Below, one piece after another: positions 9,455 to 20,821 of a stretch of 64,000 bases of DNA. Source of the stretch: Tetramitus jugosus (taxonomy: Eukaryota > Protista > Heterolobosea); the NCBI GenBank assembly GCA_937625935.1, contig OW569353.1:548121-612120 (forward strand). Reading direction: 5' to 3'. Each line of letters opens with the position of its first letter. The first letter of the stretch is position 1. The notes beneath the pieces are model-generated. The model did no database searches. It was not told the origin of the DNA and worked only from the letters and a program-made list of their open reading frames with translations. A program made the translations under genes and the position numbers.

Positions 9455-11230
9455 ATGACTTTTCCATCGTCGTCAACCACTGTCTCACTGGTATCACTAC
9501 TACTTATTGTAACTATTGTTTTATTGTCCGTTGCTGGTACTCATCATCAGCAACAAGATCTTGAGCAACAACAACACCCGTATCAAAATATCAATGAAAT
9601 GATTGGTGATCCAAATGCAGGTGCTGCTGACATGATTCACCACACAAGCCAAAGGGACTCCTTCATGATGATGGACGACAGTGTCTTTGAAGCTAGTGTC
9701 TTGAATACTCTTGCTTCACAATCAAAGGCTCACAGCAGTAGTAGTAGTTCATCGCCAACAGAGACGACAAGAACCATTTGGAAACACTTTTTCAATCTGT
9801 CTCGTATCCCTCGTCCCAGTACCGATACAGCAAGGGTCAATCTGTATCTACGCGAGTTTGCAAACAAGCACGGGTTTTCAATCGAGGAAGACTCGGCTCA
9901 GAATGTGGTGATTCGAGTGCCTGCAACTGTGCCTGAATTGGTCAATGCACCTAGTGTTGTCATTCAAGCACATTCGGATATGGTGCCAGAGGCTGATCAG
10001 GGAATTGATTTTGATTTTCATCGTGATGCTATTCGATTGATGTTGTCAGAGGATGGTCAGTGGTTGACAGCCAATGGCACAACTTTGGGAGCAGACAATG
10101 GAATTGGTGTCGCTGTTGCACTTGCGTTGGCCACTGATGTCAGTGTGAAGAGAGGTCCGTTGGAATTGTTGATTACAACAGATGAAGAGATTGGTATGGT
10201 GTCGGCAATGAAGATGAAACCGGGAATGTTGTCCAGTCGGTTCATGATCAATTTGGATACGGATGAGAGAGATGCTTTTTATATTGGATGTGCAGGTGGA
10301 GTGAGTAACAAGGGAATATTGAGTTTAAAGACAGAGTTGATAACAGATCAGAGCATGACTCCATACCAATTGACTGTGACGGGTTTGCTGGGAGGACACT
10401 CGGGTGTCGATATTCACTTGCAACGTGCCAATGCGATCAAGGTCATGACTCGATTACTTTCTGGAATGCAAGACGATAGTATCGAATATCAAATCGTTTC
10501 AATTAATGCTGGATTTGCTCACAATGTGATAGCACGTCAAAGTTTTGTCACTCTTGTCATGCAGGAGAAGAACGAGTCGAAGTTGAAATCAATTGTCCAA
10601 AAATTGTTGGAAGAGGTGAAATTGGAGTATGCTCACACTGATCCAGATTTACATATCATGTTTGAGAAAGACAGCACCACTGTTCGTCCCATTACTGCAT
10701 TCAAATCCTGTTGCTCGAAGAAACTTGTTCGATTGTTGAGTGCATTGCCTCATGGAGTCATTCGTATGTCTCTAGACATGCCTGGACTGGTAGAAACGAG
10801 CACTAATCTCGCAGTAGTGAAAACTGAAGGCAATACTGTCACAATTGTTACATCACAAAGATCTTTTATTCAATCTGGCAAGGTGGACACTGCTCAATCA
10901 GTACAAGCAACATTTGCTCTGGCTGGAGCTGATGTGCAAACTGAAGGTGACTACCCTGGATGGAAGCCAAATCCAGATTCCAAAATTGTAAAAATTAGCA
11001 AAGAGGTGTTCCGCTCAAAGTACGGCAAAGATCCTCGTTTGTTGGCCATCCATGCCGGTTTGGAAACTGGTGTATTTTTCGAGCAGTATCCAGACATGGA
11101 TATTATTGCCTTTGGACCTGAACTTCAAGGAGCTCACAGTCCATCAGAGAAAGTCAAAATTGAAGATGTACCTTATGTCTATGACCTTGCAAGAAGTATC
11201 ATTGAACACATATCCAACACTAACCTATAA
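9455..11230 (+). CDS. pepD: Aminoacyl-histidine dipeptidase (PepD-type, peptidase M20C) with N-terminal signal peptide
   Basis: IPRPS, QAHSDMV, TTLGADNGIG, DEEIG, GGHSGVDIH, VETSTNL, HAGLE, AHSPSE motifs. Confidence 0.9.
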   Translation: MTFPSSSTTVSLVSLLLIVTIVLLSVAGTHHQQQDLEQQQHPYQNINEMIGDPNAGAADMIHHTSQRDSFMMMDDSVFEASVLNTLASQSKAHSSSSSSSPTETTRTIWKHFFNLSRIPRPSTDTARVNLYLREFANKHGFSIEEDSAQNVVIRVPATVPELVNAPSVVIQAHSDMVPEADQGIDFDFHRDAIRLMLSEDGQWLTANGTTLGADNGIGVAVALALATDVSVKRGPLELLITTDEEIGMVSAMKMKPGMLSSRFMINLDTDERDAFYIGCAGGVSNKGILSLKTELITDQSMTPYQLTVTGLLGGHSGVDIHLQRANAIKVMTRLLSGMQDDSIEYQIVSINAGFAHNVIARQSFVTLVMQEKNESKLKSIVQKLLEEVKLEYAHTDPDLHIMFEKDSTTVRPITAFKSCCSKKLVRLLSALPHGVIRMSLDMPGLVETSTNLAVVKTEGNTVTIVTSQRSFIQSGKVDTAQSVQATFALAGADVQTEGDYPGWKPNPDSKIVKISKEVFRSKYGKDPRLLAIHAGLETGVFFEQYPDMDIIAFGPELQGAHSPSEKVKIEDVPYVYDLARSIIEHISNTNL

Positions 11231-11431
11231 ATGGTCCTGATTGGGACAAGTGTTACTTTTCTTTCACAGTGTTGTCATTCACTCGATCGCGGAGATTTTG
11301 TGTCCATTCAAGCGATTCCTGCATATACCTGCAGTCTTCCAAAAATTAAGGTAAGATCTTATCTCACACAACGTTTGCAATTAGCAACAATATCTGAGAC
11401 AACAAGAGGGGAATGAGGAACAAAACCCAAA

Positions 11432-11551
11432 AGCCTACATTACTGAGGGTTCTCGAGTAGTCTCCTATCTCAATACTAACTCAGCCAGATGGTGCTTAAC
11501 TTCTCTATTCGAAATGGGAAGAGGTGGTTCCACCATTGTATGAACGTAGAC
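11432..11551 (-). rRNA. 5S rRNA gene (single copy in this window)
   Basis: Reverse complement GTCTACGTTCATAC...GAAGTTAAGC...GTTAGTA...GGAGAC...TGTAGGCT follows the eukaryotic 5S consensus; about 120 nt, paired ends, followed by an oligo-T Pol III terminator. Confidence 0.93.
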
Positions 11552-12287
11552 ACTCTATTGGTGAAAATGAACTATTTCCACGTTTTTGGGTCGCGTAGCT
11601 GGTTTTTGGCGTAGTAGCGGGCTAATAAATGCCAAATTGAATTATTTCTAGGTTTTTAACCGATGGAAGAGCTGCTGGTAGGACTAGTGGGTAAAGAAGA
11701 GGATCAGAAGGAGGTACTGATGAAAGAAATGGTAGTGTATGGCCGCAAGAAGAGGGAAACCAAAGTTAAAGATTAGTTAATGCAATGGAAAGATCTTGCA
11801 TCAAGCGAATGTGTAAAGTCTGGAAAGACTCGATAGCGATGAGGCCTGTACGACATCTCAATACTGTGAGTATTGAATAAAGTGGCAACAACTGTTGTAT
11901 GGAAAAAACTTGAGGTACCTTCTAGTGTCATTGTTGTAAAATAAATAAATAACAAAAGCAAAAGCAGAACAGTAAAGACCTTTTTTGATCTCCAAGTGTG
12001 CAAATTCTTCTGTTTATTGGGATGAAAAATGGGACCACAACTCGGAATAGAGCGTAATCCCACGAGCCACTTTGTGACTCTGAACTGTGAGGCAGTTACG
12101 ACAGAATCAGTAAATATGTTGCTTTGTTGTGTTGGGTAGAAGATCATCGTTATCGTTCTCTATTTTATCTCACCACTTTTTCTGCACCACCATGGTTTTT
12201 GATGTGGGATTGGCGAGAAACTCATCTTCCAAGATTACAGGAACTTGAACTTTGGTAAACGAAATAAACAAAATTGAAAAAAACAAA

Positions 12288-12938
12288 ATGACAAGTCGAC
12301 CATTACTGCCTGCATGGAAAGAAAGAACTGAAACAACACATTCCTCCATTGTCCAGCATCTCTCATCCGAGACGGGAAAGAATTCTGAGGTGCTTCTCCT
12401 GGGAGACAGCATGCTGGAGCGATGGAAAACAACGGGAGCACCTGTTTGGCAAGAGCACAACATGGATCAGTATCATATCGCGAATGCTGGTGTAGGAGGT
12501 GACGGAACGCAACATGTTCTGTGGAGAATGCAAGAGGGAAAGTTGTTGGACTATATCACTCCTCAAAAGGTCATACTGTTGTTGGGTACGAACAATGTCG
12601 AGAGAGATCAAGAGCAAGACATTTGTAGTGCGATTGAAAAGGTCATTGATCTGATTCAGGAGCGATTTCCTCAATGCAAGATTGTCTTGTATGGTGTACT
12701 GCCTCGTGGCGATAAGAAGCAAAGACAGAAGATAACGAACAAGATTAACAACTTGAACAAGTTGTTGAGCGAGATTGAGAGACCGAATCTCAGTTACAGG
12801 TACTTTGGAAACAAGTTCTTAACGGAGAATGGCGAGTGGAATGAAGAATACTTTGATGATCATGTTCATCTTAATGAACGTGCTCATCGCGAGATATACA
12901 TTCATGAACTGTTGACCGATGTTCGTGCAACAGAGTAA
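12288..12938 (+). CDS. SGNH/GDSL hydrolase, PAF-acetylhydrolase Ib-like
   Basis: LLGDSM, NAGVGGD.TQHVLWR, LGTNN, DHVHL blocks. Confidence 0.88.
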   Translation: MTSRPLLPAWKERTETTHSSIVQHLSSETGKNSEVLLLGDSMLERWKTTGAPVWQEHNMDQYHIANAGVGGDGTQHVLWRMQEGKLLDYITPQKVILLLGTNNVERDQEQDICSAIEKVIDLIQERFPQCKIVLYGVLPRGDKKQRQKITNKINNLNKLLSEIERPNLSYRYFGNKFLTENGEWNEEYFDDHVHLNERAHREIYIHELLTDVRATE

Positions 12939-12989
12939 GAAATCTTGGTATCAATAAAATGGATCATGTGAACCTTCGAGGAAGATTTC

Positions 12990-14995
12990 TTATATTGAGA
13001 ATTTACTTGGTGTTGATCCTTGATTGAACAATATCTGCTTTGTGGGCGACGAAAGAGTCGATGAGGGGCTTTCTGTCTTTGATGCTGAACTGCTTGGCAG
13101 TAAATCGGAAGACCGAGAGGGAGTGGTGCTTGATTTGTAAGTTTCATAGAGTGGTCGATATGGTGAATCATCAGTCTCGGGCGATATCCTCCTTGGAACA
13201 GATTGACTTGATGTATAGGTCGATGTTGATTTCAGAGGAGTTGTTCGTATCACGCTAGGTGTGAAGGACGACTTTGGAGGAGGAGAGAAATTGGATGTGA
13301 ATGATGTGTACTTTGCTACTTCTTTCTCCTTTTGGTCATTCTGCTTCACCATTTCGTACATTGCCTTCTGGAGACGCATTTGTTCATTGTTTAAATCGTT
13401 CTTTTGCTTCTCTAATTGTTCAATTTGTTGATTCAATTGTTCAATATGGTTCTCATGCTCCGAATTCAATTGTGATACTTCATTCAGTTGATGAGAATAC
13501 TTCTCTTTCGTTGCTCTTAGTTTCGATTCCAATTTCCCAATCTTTTCTGCCAGCTTCTTTGCTTGTTGTTCTTTTTCAGATACTCTAGTCTTGTACTCTT
13601 TGAACTGTTGCTTATTTAATCTAATGGTAGAATCTAGCTTGACAATAATTTCATTGGCTTTCTGTAATTGCCTCGACTGTTCCTCGTATTTGTCCTTAAC
13701 CTTTTGGATTTCGTACTCATAACTTGAATTAGTTTTCTCCAAAACTCTACATCTATCCTTCGTATCGTCAAGGGATACTTGCAGTTGTTGAACAATATCT
13801 TCTTTATCTTTCACTTTTTGGTTGAGAGAAACGATCTGCAACTGATTAGAATCTAAATCCTTCATCTGGGTTTGGCTTAAGGTGTGATTCTCGTTCTCCA
13901 ATTCCAAGTTTCTCTCTCGTATTGACTTGTTCTCGGCTATTAATTCGTCGATTTTTTTATTAAGTTCCCGAATCTGCTTCTTGTATTCCTCCTCGATGAT
14001 CTTTCTCTGTACTTCACTGTCTTTAAAAATCGATTCCTTTTCTTTCGAATGAGAGATATTAATATCTGATAGTGTTGTCGTATGCTCATTCTTCATTTCA
14101 TTGATTCTGTTTTGGTAGATCAACTTCATCTCATTCAATTTCTCGATTAGTTTTTGCGACTCTTCGCTCTTTCTTTGAAGATCTTCAGATAGGATGCGGT
14201 TCGTTTGTTGAAACTGTCCATTGTCGTTCTTTAATCGCGATATCTCGTTCGCTAAAAACTGTTTAATCGAACGATCATTTCCAGCTCTTATGTTCAGAGA
14301 AAACATTGGTATCTCTCGAAAAGAATCATTCTTTACAAATCGTACTTCAGCCTCATTCGAGTTGTTTGTTAGTATTAATTTAACAATAAAGTTTTCGTTC
14401 GTCAGTCCATTGGATAATCCGTTCCTCTCATTATCCTGATCAGCGGATATACACTGGTGAAGTAAACTAATCAACTTAGATTCTATGCTATGAAACTCGA
14501 AATTTAAATTCAATTCCCCTTTCAATCGAGCAAAACCTTCCTCATCTAGTCTCATTGACCATTAGTAACAATAAAATGAATATCTCATGAAAACGAACAA
14601 ACAATCATACCTATAGACACACTGTACAAGAAAAATAGATCAGAATCGTTTGTCAACCGGACATTAAGAGTTTTTGATTTGAGAATGGAGCTCGTAAACA
14701 CCATTTTCTCTTCAGGGTTGCCTTTCACAGAAGAACTACCGTGCATCGACCCACTTGAGCTCAGGAATGAGCTTGTATGATTGGAAGAGCTAGAAAAACC
14801 ATCAGACTTCATGAGAACTTGAGGATGAGTACTAACAGTGGACAATTGAATGGTCAAAATCACTCTATTTCCCTCATAGCTTTTTGGATTAGAGAAGATC
14901 CAAACTGGGACTTGTTTCTCAAAAATTACATTCTGGTTTGTGTCAGCAGAGGTTGAACCATGATTGGAAGAATTAACATCGAAAGGAGAAGTCAT
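12990..14995 (-). CDS. SAS6: Centriolar cartwheel protein SAS-6 (2 exons; intron 14546-14610)
   Basis: VRLTNDSDLFFLYSVSI/DEEGFARLKGELNL..F...LISLL..C and FREIPMFSLNIRAGNDRSIKQFLA head domain, then a long coiled coil; GTATGA...TACTAAT...AG intron restores the frame. Confidence 0.88.
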
Positions 14996-15116
14996 TTTTC
15001 CTCGTTAAATGATCACAAAATCGTGAAAGCTGAATCACACAAATTTTGGCGGTTAATCGTAGCCCGACCGCATAAAACGCCGATGACGTTACTGACTCTA
15101 CAGAAGAAAGGAAAAT

Positions 15117-16038
15117 ATGGCAACATTTCTAAAATGCTCTCCTCAATTGGTTATTGATCATTACTTTTATTCCATAAAGTATGTTATGATGGCTATAGAG
15201 CTTGTCTCTTTTTGTTATGCACCACTAACCTTCAACAATCTGAAGAGAAGCTGAAAGGTATCGGATCATCGAAGAGAAAGCAGCAATACGGATTCAGACA
15301 TGTTTCCGAAGGTACATCCATCAAAAGAGTTATAATATTAAACAGTACGTACTGATTCGTGTTGATTGTCGCTTTGCTCTGGCTCTAACCAAGTATTTCA
15401 TGTAAATCACTAGCTTTGCAGCAACTCAGATACAGAGAGTGTACCGAGGATACAAGTATGGCAAAAAGGTGAGAAATCAATTATTAGTTGAGAGAGCTGA
15501 ACGACAAGAAGGTTTGTTGTTTGATTACTATGCTTCTCAGATACAGAAGATGTTCAGGGGATATTGGAGCAGAAAGTACGTTCATAATTTCGCAGTTCGA
15601 AAACAGTACTTGAACTCTGTGGCCAGGAAGGGAGAAGAAGTGTTGGAATATGTTGAGAAGTGGAGGAGAAAACAACAAGCCCTTCGACAAGAGGAGAAGG
15701 AAATTAAAGAGTTTGAACAATTCGAGAGAGTCACTGAAAACCTTCATCACTTGGTTAGCACGAAGACCATTCCAGGTGTATACAAACGATTGGATCAAGT
15801 ATACTCAGAACCGACGATATATGATATTCCGATTGAAGATCATCTACGAGAAGCATCTAGGGTATGTTCTCTGATATTATTTCCTCGATTCAATTGGAGT
15901 TTGCTCACCTTTTTCATATAATAGACTCGGTACATCCAGACCTTGACCCAACCGCGACCAAAATCAAGCTCTATTCGACCGAACAGTGCTGTACGATTAC
16001 CACCTCTAAACCGGTCCTTAAATCGGAAGCATCATTGA
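15117..16038 (+). CDS. IQ-motif protein, SPATA17-like (ciliary); multi-exon
   Basis: Three IQxxxRG motifs, FRGYWSRKYVHNF and HHLVSTKTIPGVY; GTATGT/GTACGT intron donors near 15179, 15345 and 15862; exon boundaries approximate. Confidence 0.75.
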
Positions 16039-16144
16039 CCATTGAATAGCTTGTGTTCATTCGATTATTCATGTCCTCCTCGAGCCAGAGACAAAACTGT
16101 AGTACTGAGGGAACAAATGGGTATTGACCTGACTGTTCGACTAT

Positions 16145-17587
16145 TTATTCGCTAAACTGAGCAGGTAAATCCTGTCTAATTACTCCCTGTGGTCCAATGT
16201 GAGATGTTGTCGCATAATTACCCAATGCCACATTGACCAACTCTCCCCTGAGCTTATCTGAGATTGGATTGCGCCAATTCAGCACGTTGAGTCCAACACC
16301 TCTTGCCTTGTCCAACAAAAATCCAGCCAAGTGGTGCTGGCTGATCACTTCGCCCACACCAAATGCACCTCGGACATGCTCTACCCCACGCAACACGGAC
16401 TCATTTCTCCACCACCACTCCTTATTCATGGTACTGAAGTTTGTTATATCATGTCCCGTTTCCAACGAGTTTTGCAAGCAAGCAACAAACTCCGTTATAT
16501 CGTACATTCCTGCGTTCAATCCCTGTCCTGCAATCGGAAGCATAGAATGTGCAGCATCACCCATGACAAATAAACGACCCTCCCATGAATGATACTGATC
16601 CACGTGACTCCTAGTCAATGGGAAAGAGCCCTTTTGCGGTGAATTAAACTTGACAATATTAACTTCGCCCATGTTCCAAATATTGCTGAACATGGTCAAG
16701 ATTTGATCCTCTGTCATATTCCCCATCTCCAAAGCCTTCTCTGCCGAAGTCGTAAACACAATATTATAAACATTTTGATGACTGGTCGAGTACATTGGCA
16801 GCAGTGCCAAAATGCCCTCACTTGAAAATTTTTGCATGGCAACAGGAACGGCGCGATCACACTCTACAGAGCACACAAAACTACGAACAGGATATCGATG
16901 ACTCGTTCCAGAGAAATGACCCGTTTTTCTCACAATGGACTCTTGACCATCACACCCAACAACCAATCTTGCCTTTAACACACTACTACTACTGCTGCTA
17001 GTGCTAGTGCTATTGTTATGGTTTCCTGCATGAGTTAAATGCACCTTTACAAACGGAGAGCTCTCATCCTTCTCTAATCGTGTCACTTGATCAACATTCA
17101 ACTTGTTGACTTGCTCCAAACGATTCCACACTTGATTCAACAAATCATCATTCTCCACCATGGATCCCAACCATTTTGACGGCTCCATTTTCTCTGCATT
17201 TTCTCTTGCATCATCAAATTGGATCATTTCATTGTTGCGATCCCACACTTTCATCGTATTGTACGGCGTACTGGATTGAACACTGTTCCACACTTGAATC
17301 TGCTTCAATAGTTGAATACTGGTGGCGTTGAGTGCGGAGCATCTCAATCCTGGTTGTTCTGGCTTGAATTCATACTTGGAAAACTTTGTAAAATGATTGG
17401 GTCGGTCAATTAATGCTATTTTTAGGTGGTTGGTCAATGGAGAGCATTCGAGTGATTTGGCGAGTGTACTGCCGACGAGACCTGCACCAATGATGCACAC
17501 GTCGTATGGCGTGTTGTTGGTGTGAGCAGCAGTGGCAATGTGTTGCTGTTGTTGTTGTTGGTAGCGAATGAGTGATCGCTTAAACAT
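16145..17587 (-). CDS. COQ6: Ubiquinone biosynthesis FAD monooxygenase COQ6
   Basis: YDVCIIGAGLVG, LVVGCDG..SIVR, FPL, GDAAHSMLPIAGQGLNAG; N-terminus resembles a mitochondrial targeting peptide. Confidence 0.85.
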   Translation of the reverse strand: MFKRSLIRYQQQQQQHIATAAHTNNTPYDVCIIGAGLVGSTLAKSLECSPLTNHLKIALIDRPNHFTKFSKYEFKPEQPGLRCSALNATSIQLLKQIQVWNSVQSSTPYNTMKVWDRNNEMIQFDDARENAEKMEPSKWLGSMVENDDLLNQVWNRLEQVNKLNVDQVTRLEKDESSPFVKVHLTHAGNHNNSTSTSSSSSSVLKARLVVGCDGQESIVRKTGHFSGTSHRYPVRSFVCSVECDRAVPVAMQKFSSEGILALLPMYSTSHQNVYNIVFTTSAEKALEMGNMTEDQILTMFSNIWNMGEVNIVKFNSPQKGSFPLTRSHVDQYHSWEGRLFVMGDAAHSMLPIAGQGLNAGMYDITEFVACLQNSLETGHDITNFSTMNKEWWWRNESVLRGVEHVRGAFGVGEVISQHHLAGFLLDKARGVGLNVLNWRNPISDKLRGELVNVALGNYATTSHIGPQGVIRQDLPAQFSE

Positions 17588-17682
17588 TTTTGTTGTTGTC
17601 GATTTTTTTTTAGTTGTGTTTGTGATCTGTGTTGGGAAATCATGCAGGTTTGCTGTCCGAGGTGTTGCTTAGTTTATGGGTG

Positions 17683-19527
17683 TTACGATGCACGAGTAGG
17701 GCAAAATTGAATGGTAATATCAGACAATGATCCATTCTTGTACTTTTGGAAGAGCTCATGTTGAATGGGCCTGCCTGTTGTGTCCTCTTGAAAACAGAGA
17801 ATTGTCAATCGAAGATCCGTGTCGTGAATGTCGGTGCTCGTACAAGACCGTATCACTTGTTTCTTCTTGAATAAGCTGAGTAATAATGGTTGAGCAGTGT
17901 TGGAAGAGGGAGCATCAGCTGCACACTGAATATAGAGCTCGAAAGAACTAGGATTCGTACGTTCATCATGCACGTTGCGATCACTCTTGACCTGAGTCTG
18001 ATAGATGCAAAAGTCAGTCGTAGGAAACACGTTCCGAACTGTCAACGATCGATCAAACAATATTTCCTTTGGTGTTTGATTAGCCATTGTGGAATAACGA
18101 TGATAGCCTAGTTCTCCACTGGCAAACACTCGACCGCTCTCTGTTGTGAAAAACGAGTTCATCTCACTCAAATCAACACTCACAACACATTCACCCTGAA
18201 ACATTGCCTGATTCATCTTTGTGGGCATGTAGAATGGCAAATTCGTGTCACCCATACCCATCTCTCCGACCTTGTTCTTGCCAAATGCAAACACATTGCC
18301 ATCATCCGACAACAGGGCAACTCTCGACCGAGACCTAGTTGACTGTACCTGTGCGTACTTGAAATGTGAAATATTTTGCGAAATAAACGAGGCTCCACGC
18401 AGTGTCGCTTGCACCAAGGACAAATCCTCGCACAGAAACAGAACTGCATAACTGAATGGTTCCATTGGCATAAATCCAATATCAATCACCTTTCGATCCT
18501 TCAAATAATCGCAGCGTAGTGGACCATCAGACATGCAAATCGGATGAATTATCCAACCAGAGGTGAAGCCAGTAAAATAGTTTGATAATTCTTGTTCACA
18601 GTATCCCATTCGACGAGTGTCTCCACAAGCCCAAACGGCACCCTCATCCGTGATAAAGAATGACACTTGATCCGAAACAACAATCTTTTTGATGCGTACA
18701 CTTGACAATGAAGCACTGTCATTATCGCCATCCATCATCTTCATCAACAATTGTTGTTGATGCTGCATCAAATCACCACCACTATTAGTATCATTACTGT
18801 GATCATCACCGTCAACATCACCATCAATACTCTCCAATGGACAAAACAATAGCCTCACTAACTGACCAGGCACCAAGTCCAACAGTGGATGAACACCAAT
18901 GTGTCCATACTTGGATCGTGTCGTATTATCTCGATCGAAATAATTATGGAAGAACACACGACCACACATTGTCAGCACAAACAGAAAATGATCTGTTGCC
19001 ACAATGTCTCGAATACCAATGACACCTCCAACGCTACCACCAATACCACCAATACTACTACTACTACTATTATAATTTCGATCTGAGAAATTATCATTTC
19101 TCAACTCAACCAGAAACAATTGTTCATCTTCAGTCAACAAATGACACTTCATCAATTCTTCATAGTACAACAATAAATCACTACGGTGCACAATACATGC
19201 ACGAGTACTATAAATGATATTTTTCGAATTTTCTTGCTGATCATTGTCAAGATTTTCTTGTTGAACCATCAAGCAATGATATCTCTCATGATCACATCGA
19301 GGCAAGAAATGAAACATTTCGCTCAATTGTTCTTCTTGTTCAATTGTGGGAGGTGTCGAGGTCGATAGGAGAATCAGAGCACTGGATGGATCACAACTTT
19401 CCTCTGATGGCAACACATGATTCAAAAAGTAAGAATTGCTACGGTGGTAATGAGAAGAAGCTGTTGGTGGTTTACGATCACCATAGCAAACGAGTTGATA
19501 ACCCGAGTCGCTTCGTTCTTGGTTCAT
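17683..19527 (-). CDS. RCC1-repeat protein
   Basis: Repeated SFFITDEGAVWACG / LLSDDGNVFAFGKNKVGEMGMG / SFFTTESGRVFASG blades. Confidence 0.75.
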   Translation of the reverse strand: MNQERSDSGYQLVCYGDRKPPTASSHYHRSNSYFLNHVLPSEESCDPSSALILLSTSTPPTIEQEEQLSEMFHFLPRCDHERYHCLMVQQENLDNDQQENSKNIIYSTRACIVHRSDLLLYYEELMKCHLLTEDEQLFLVELRNDNFSDRNYNSSSSSIGGIGGSVGGVIGIRDIVATDHFLFVLTMCGRVFFHNYFDRDNTTRSKYGHIGVHPLLDLVPGQLVRLLFCPLESIDGDVDGDDHSNDTNSGGDLMQHQQQLLMKMMDGDNDSASLSSVRIKKIVVSDQVSFFITDEGAVWACGDTRRMGYCEQELSNYFTGFTSGWIIHPICMSDGPLRCDYLKDRKVIDIGFMPMEPFSYAVLFLCEDLSLVQATLRGASFISQNISHFKYAQVQSTRSRSRVALLSDDGNVFAFGKNKVGEMGMGDTNLPFYMPTKMNQAMFQGECVVSVDLSEMNSFFTTESGRVFASGELGYHRYSTMANQTPKEILFDRSLTVRNVFPTTDFCIYQTQVKSDRNVHDERTNPSSFELYIQCAADAPSSNTAQPLLLSLFKKKQVIRSCTSTDIHDTDLRLTILCFQEDTTGRPIQHELFQKYKNGSLSDITIQFCPTRAS

Positions 19528-19688
19528 TTTGTTGTTGTTCAAAGTTAACAGTGTTACAGTGTTTGTTGTGATTTCGTTGTTGTTGTTCTTGCTATTTGTG
19601 AACAGAGCTAAGCTCTGTGTTTTTGTTGCAATCAGGGATTTTATGTGATTTTATTGGATGTTTCTGCAGGTGTCGGAGAAAAAATTGT

Positions 19689-20363
19689 TTACAATCCAAA
19701 GAAGCCAATGACGACGGCAATCAACACTGTAGCAATGAGAGTGGATCTCACGTTAAAAGTTGAAGCAGAGCTGAAGCATTTTCCAACGGTTGGATTATCA
19801 TCAACAACAGCAACCCTGTATGTGTTCACGAGTGGAGCCAAGAAACCAGTGCAGAAATCGTTAGAGTTGGAATACTTTTGTCTCACGAGTTGAGCACCAT
19901 CTCCTGTTGGTAGATTGAGGCATGAGCTATACATGGAGTCACAGTATGATTGACACACATTCAACTTGTATCCAACCTTGATATTCAAGATATCAACATA
20001 AGGTAAAACATAGTTGATTTGAGCAGGCTTGCAATGCCAACAGATAAACTTTTCAAGTTGTTGGACACAGGATCGATAGACAGTGTCTGTGACGACCTTG
20101 GTCAAAAAGGAACCAACAGTAGCATTCTTGTATGATCCTGTATTCTTCTCCCAAGTGTTCTTCAATGCAACAGAGTCATCATAGGAGCAGCAAGAAGCAT
20201 CAGGTGAGTTGTACCATGAACACATGGCAAGATTTCTCTTGGCAGGTAGTTGGTAGGTGCACAGACCAACTTCCTTCTTTTCAGCAGAGGCTTGGTGGCT
20301 CATGGTAACCAAGATGATAGCAATGATAGCTAACAGTGTAATGAACAGAGGGGTAGATCTCAT
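19689..20363 (-). CDS. Secreted/GPI-type cysteine-rich protein, folate-receptor-like fold
   Basis: Signal peptide, CSWY...SCC, CWHC, VCQSYCDSMYSSC cysteine spacing, hydrophobic C-terminal tail. Confidence 0.7.
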   Translation of the reverse strand: MRSTPLFITLLAIIAIILVTMSHQASAEKKEVGLCTYQLPAKRNLAMCSWYNSPDASCCSYDDSVALKNTWEKNTGSYKNATVGSFLTKVVTDTVYRSCVQQLEKFICWHCKPAQINYVLPYVDILNIKVGYKLNVCQSYCDSMYSSCLNLPTGDGAQLVRQKYSNSNDFCTGFLAPLVNTYRVAVVDDNPTVGKCFSSASTFNVRSTLIATVLIAVVIGFFGL

Positions 20364-20821
20364 GTCGAGTAAGGTGTTGTGTGTTTGTTTGTTTGTTTGT
20401 TTGTTGTTGTTTTTTGAGTTTGTTTTGAAGCTCTATGATGAGTTAAATGGCCTGCAGAATCTTCTTAAAGTAGTGGTGTGCCTGGACAAACGATGTTTCG
20501 TTGAAGTAGAGGTTTGATTTTTCGCGATGAGAATCCTCTCAAAACGAACGTTCGTTTTGTCTTTTCGTGGGTGTATCGGTATTGAGGATGTGCTCCATGC
20601 CTTTCCAGGACAAGATCGAAAAATTCATTCAACCAGAAGAAAGCATTGTGCGGGAAGAAGGATGACTTACAGGGTCATTGCGACCAGAAAGTCAAAACCA
20701 TGAGATATCGAGTGTCAGAGAGTGTCGGTCAAGAGTGATGGGCGCGACGTCATTCGTCAGATAAAAAAATTCACACAGATTCGACCGTTTATGCTACAGT
20801 GTGGGACTACACTTCGTTTAT

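Noticed and set aside
11640-12150. Short ORFs between the 5S gene and the SGNH hydrolase
   Set aside because: No recognisable motif; cannot be supported as genes from sequence alone
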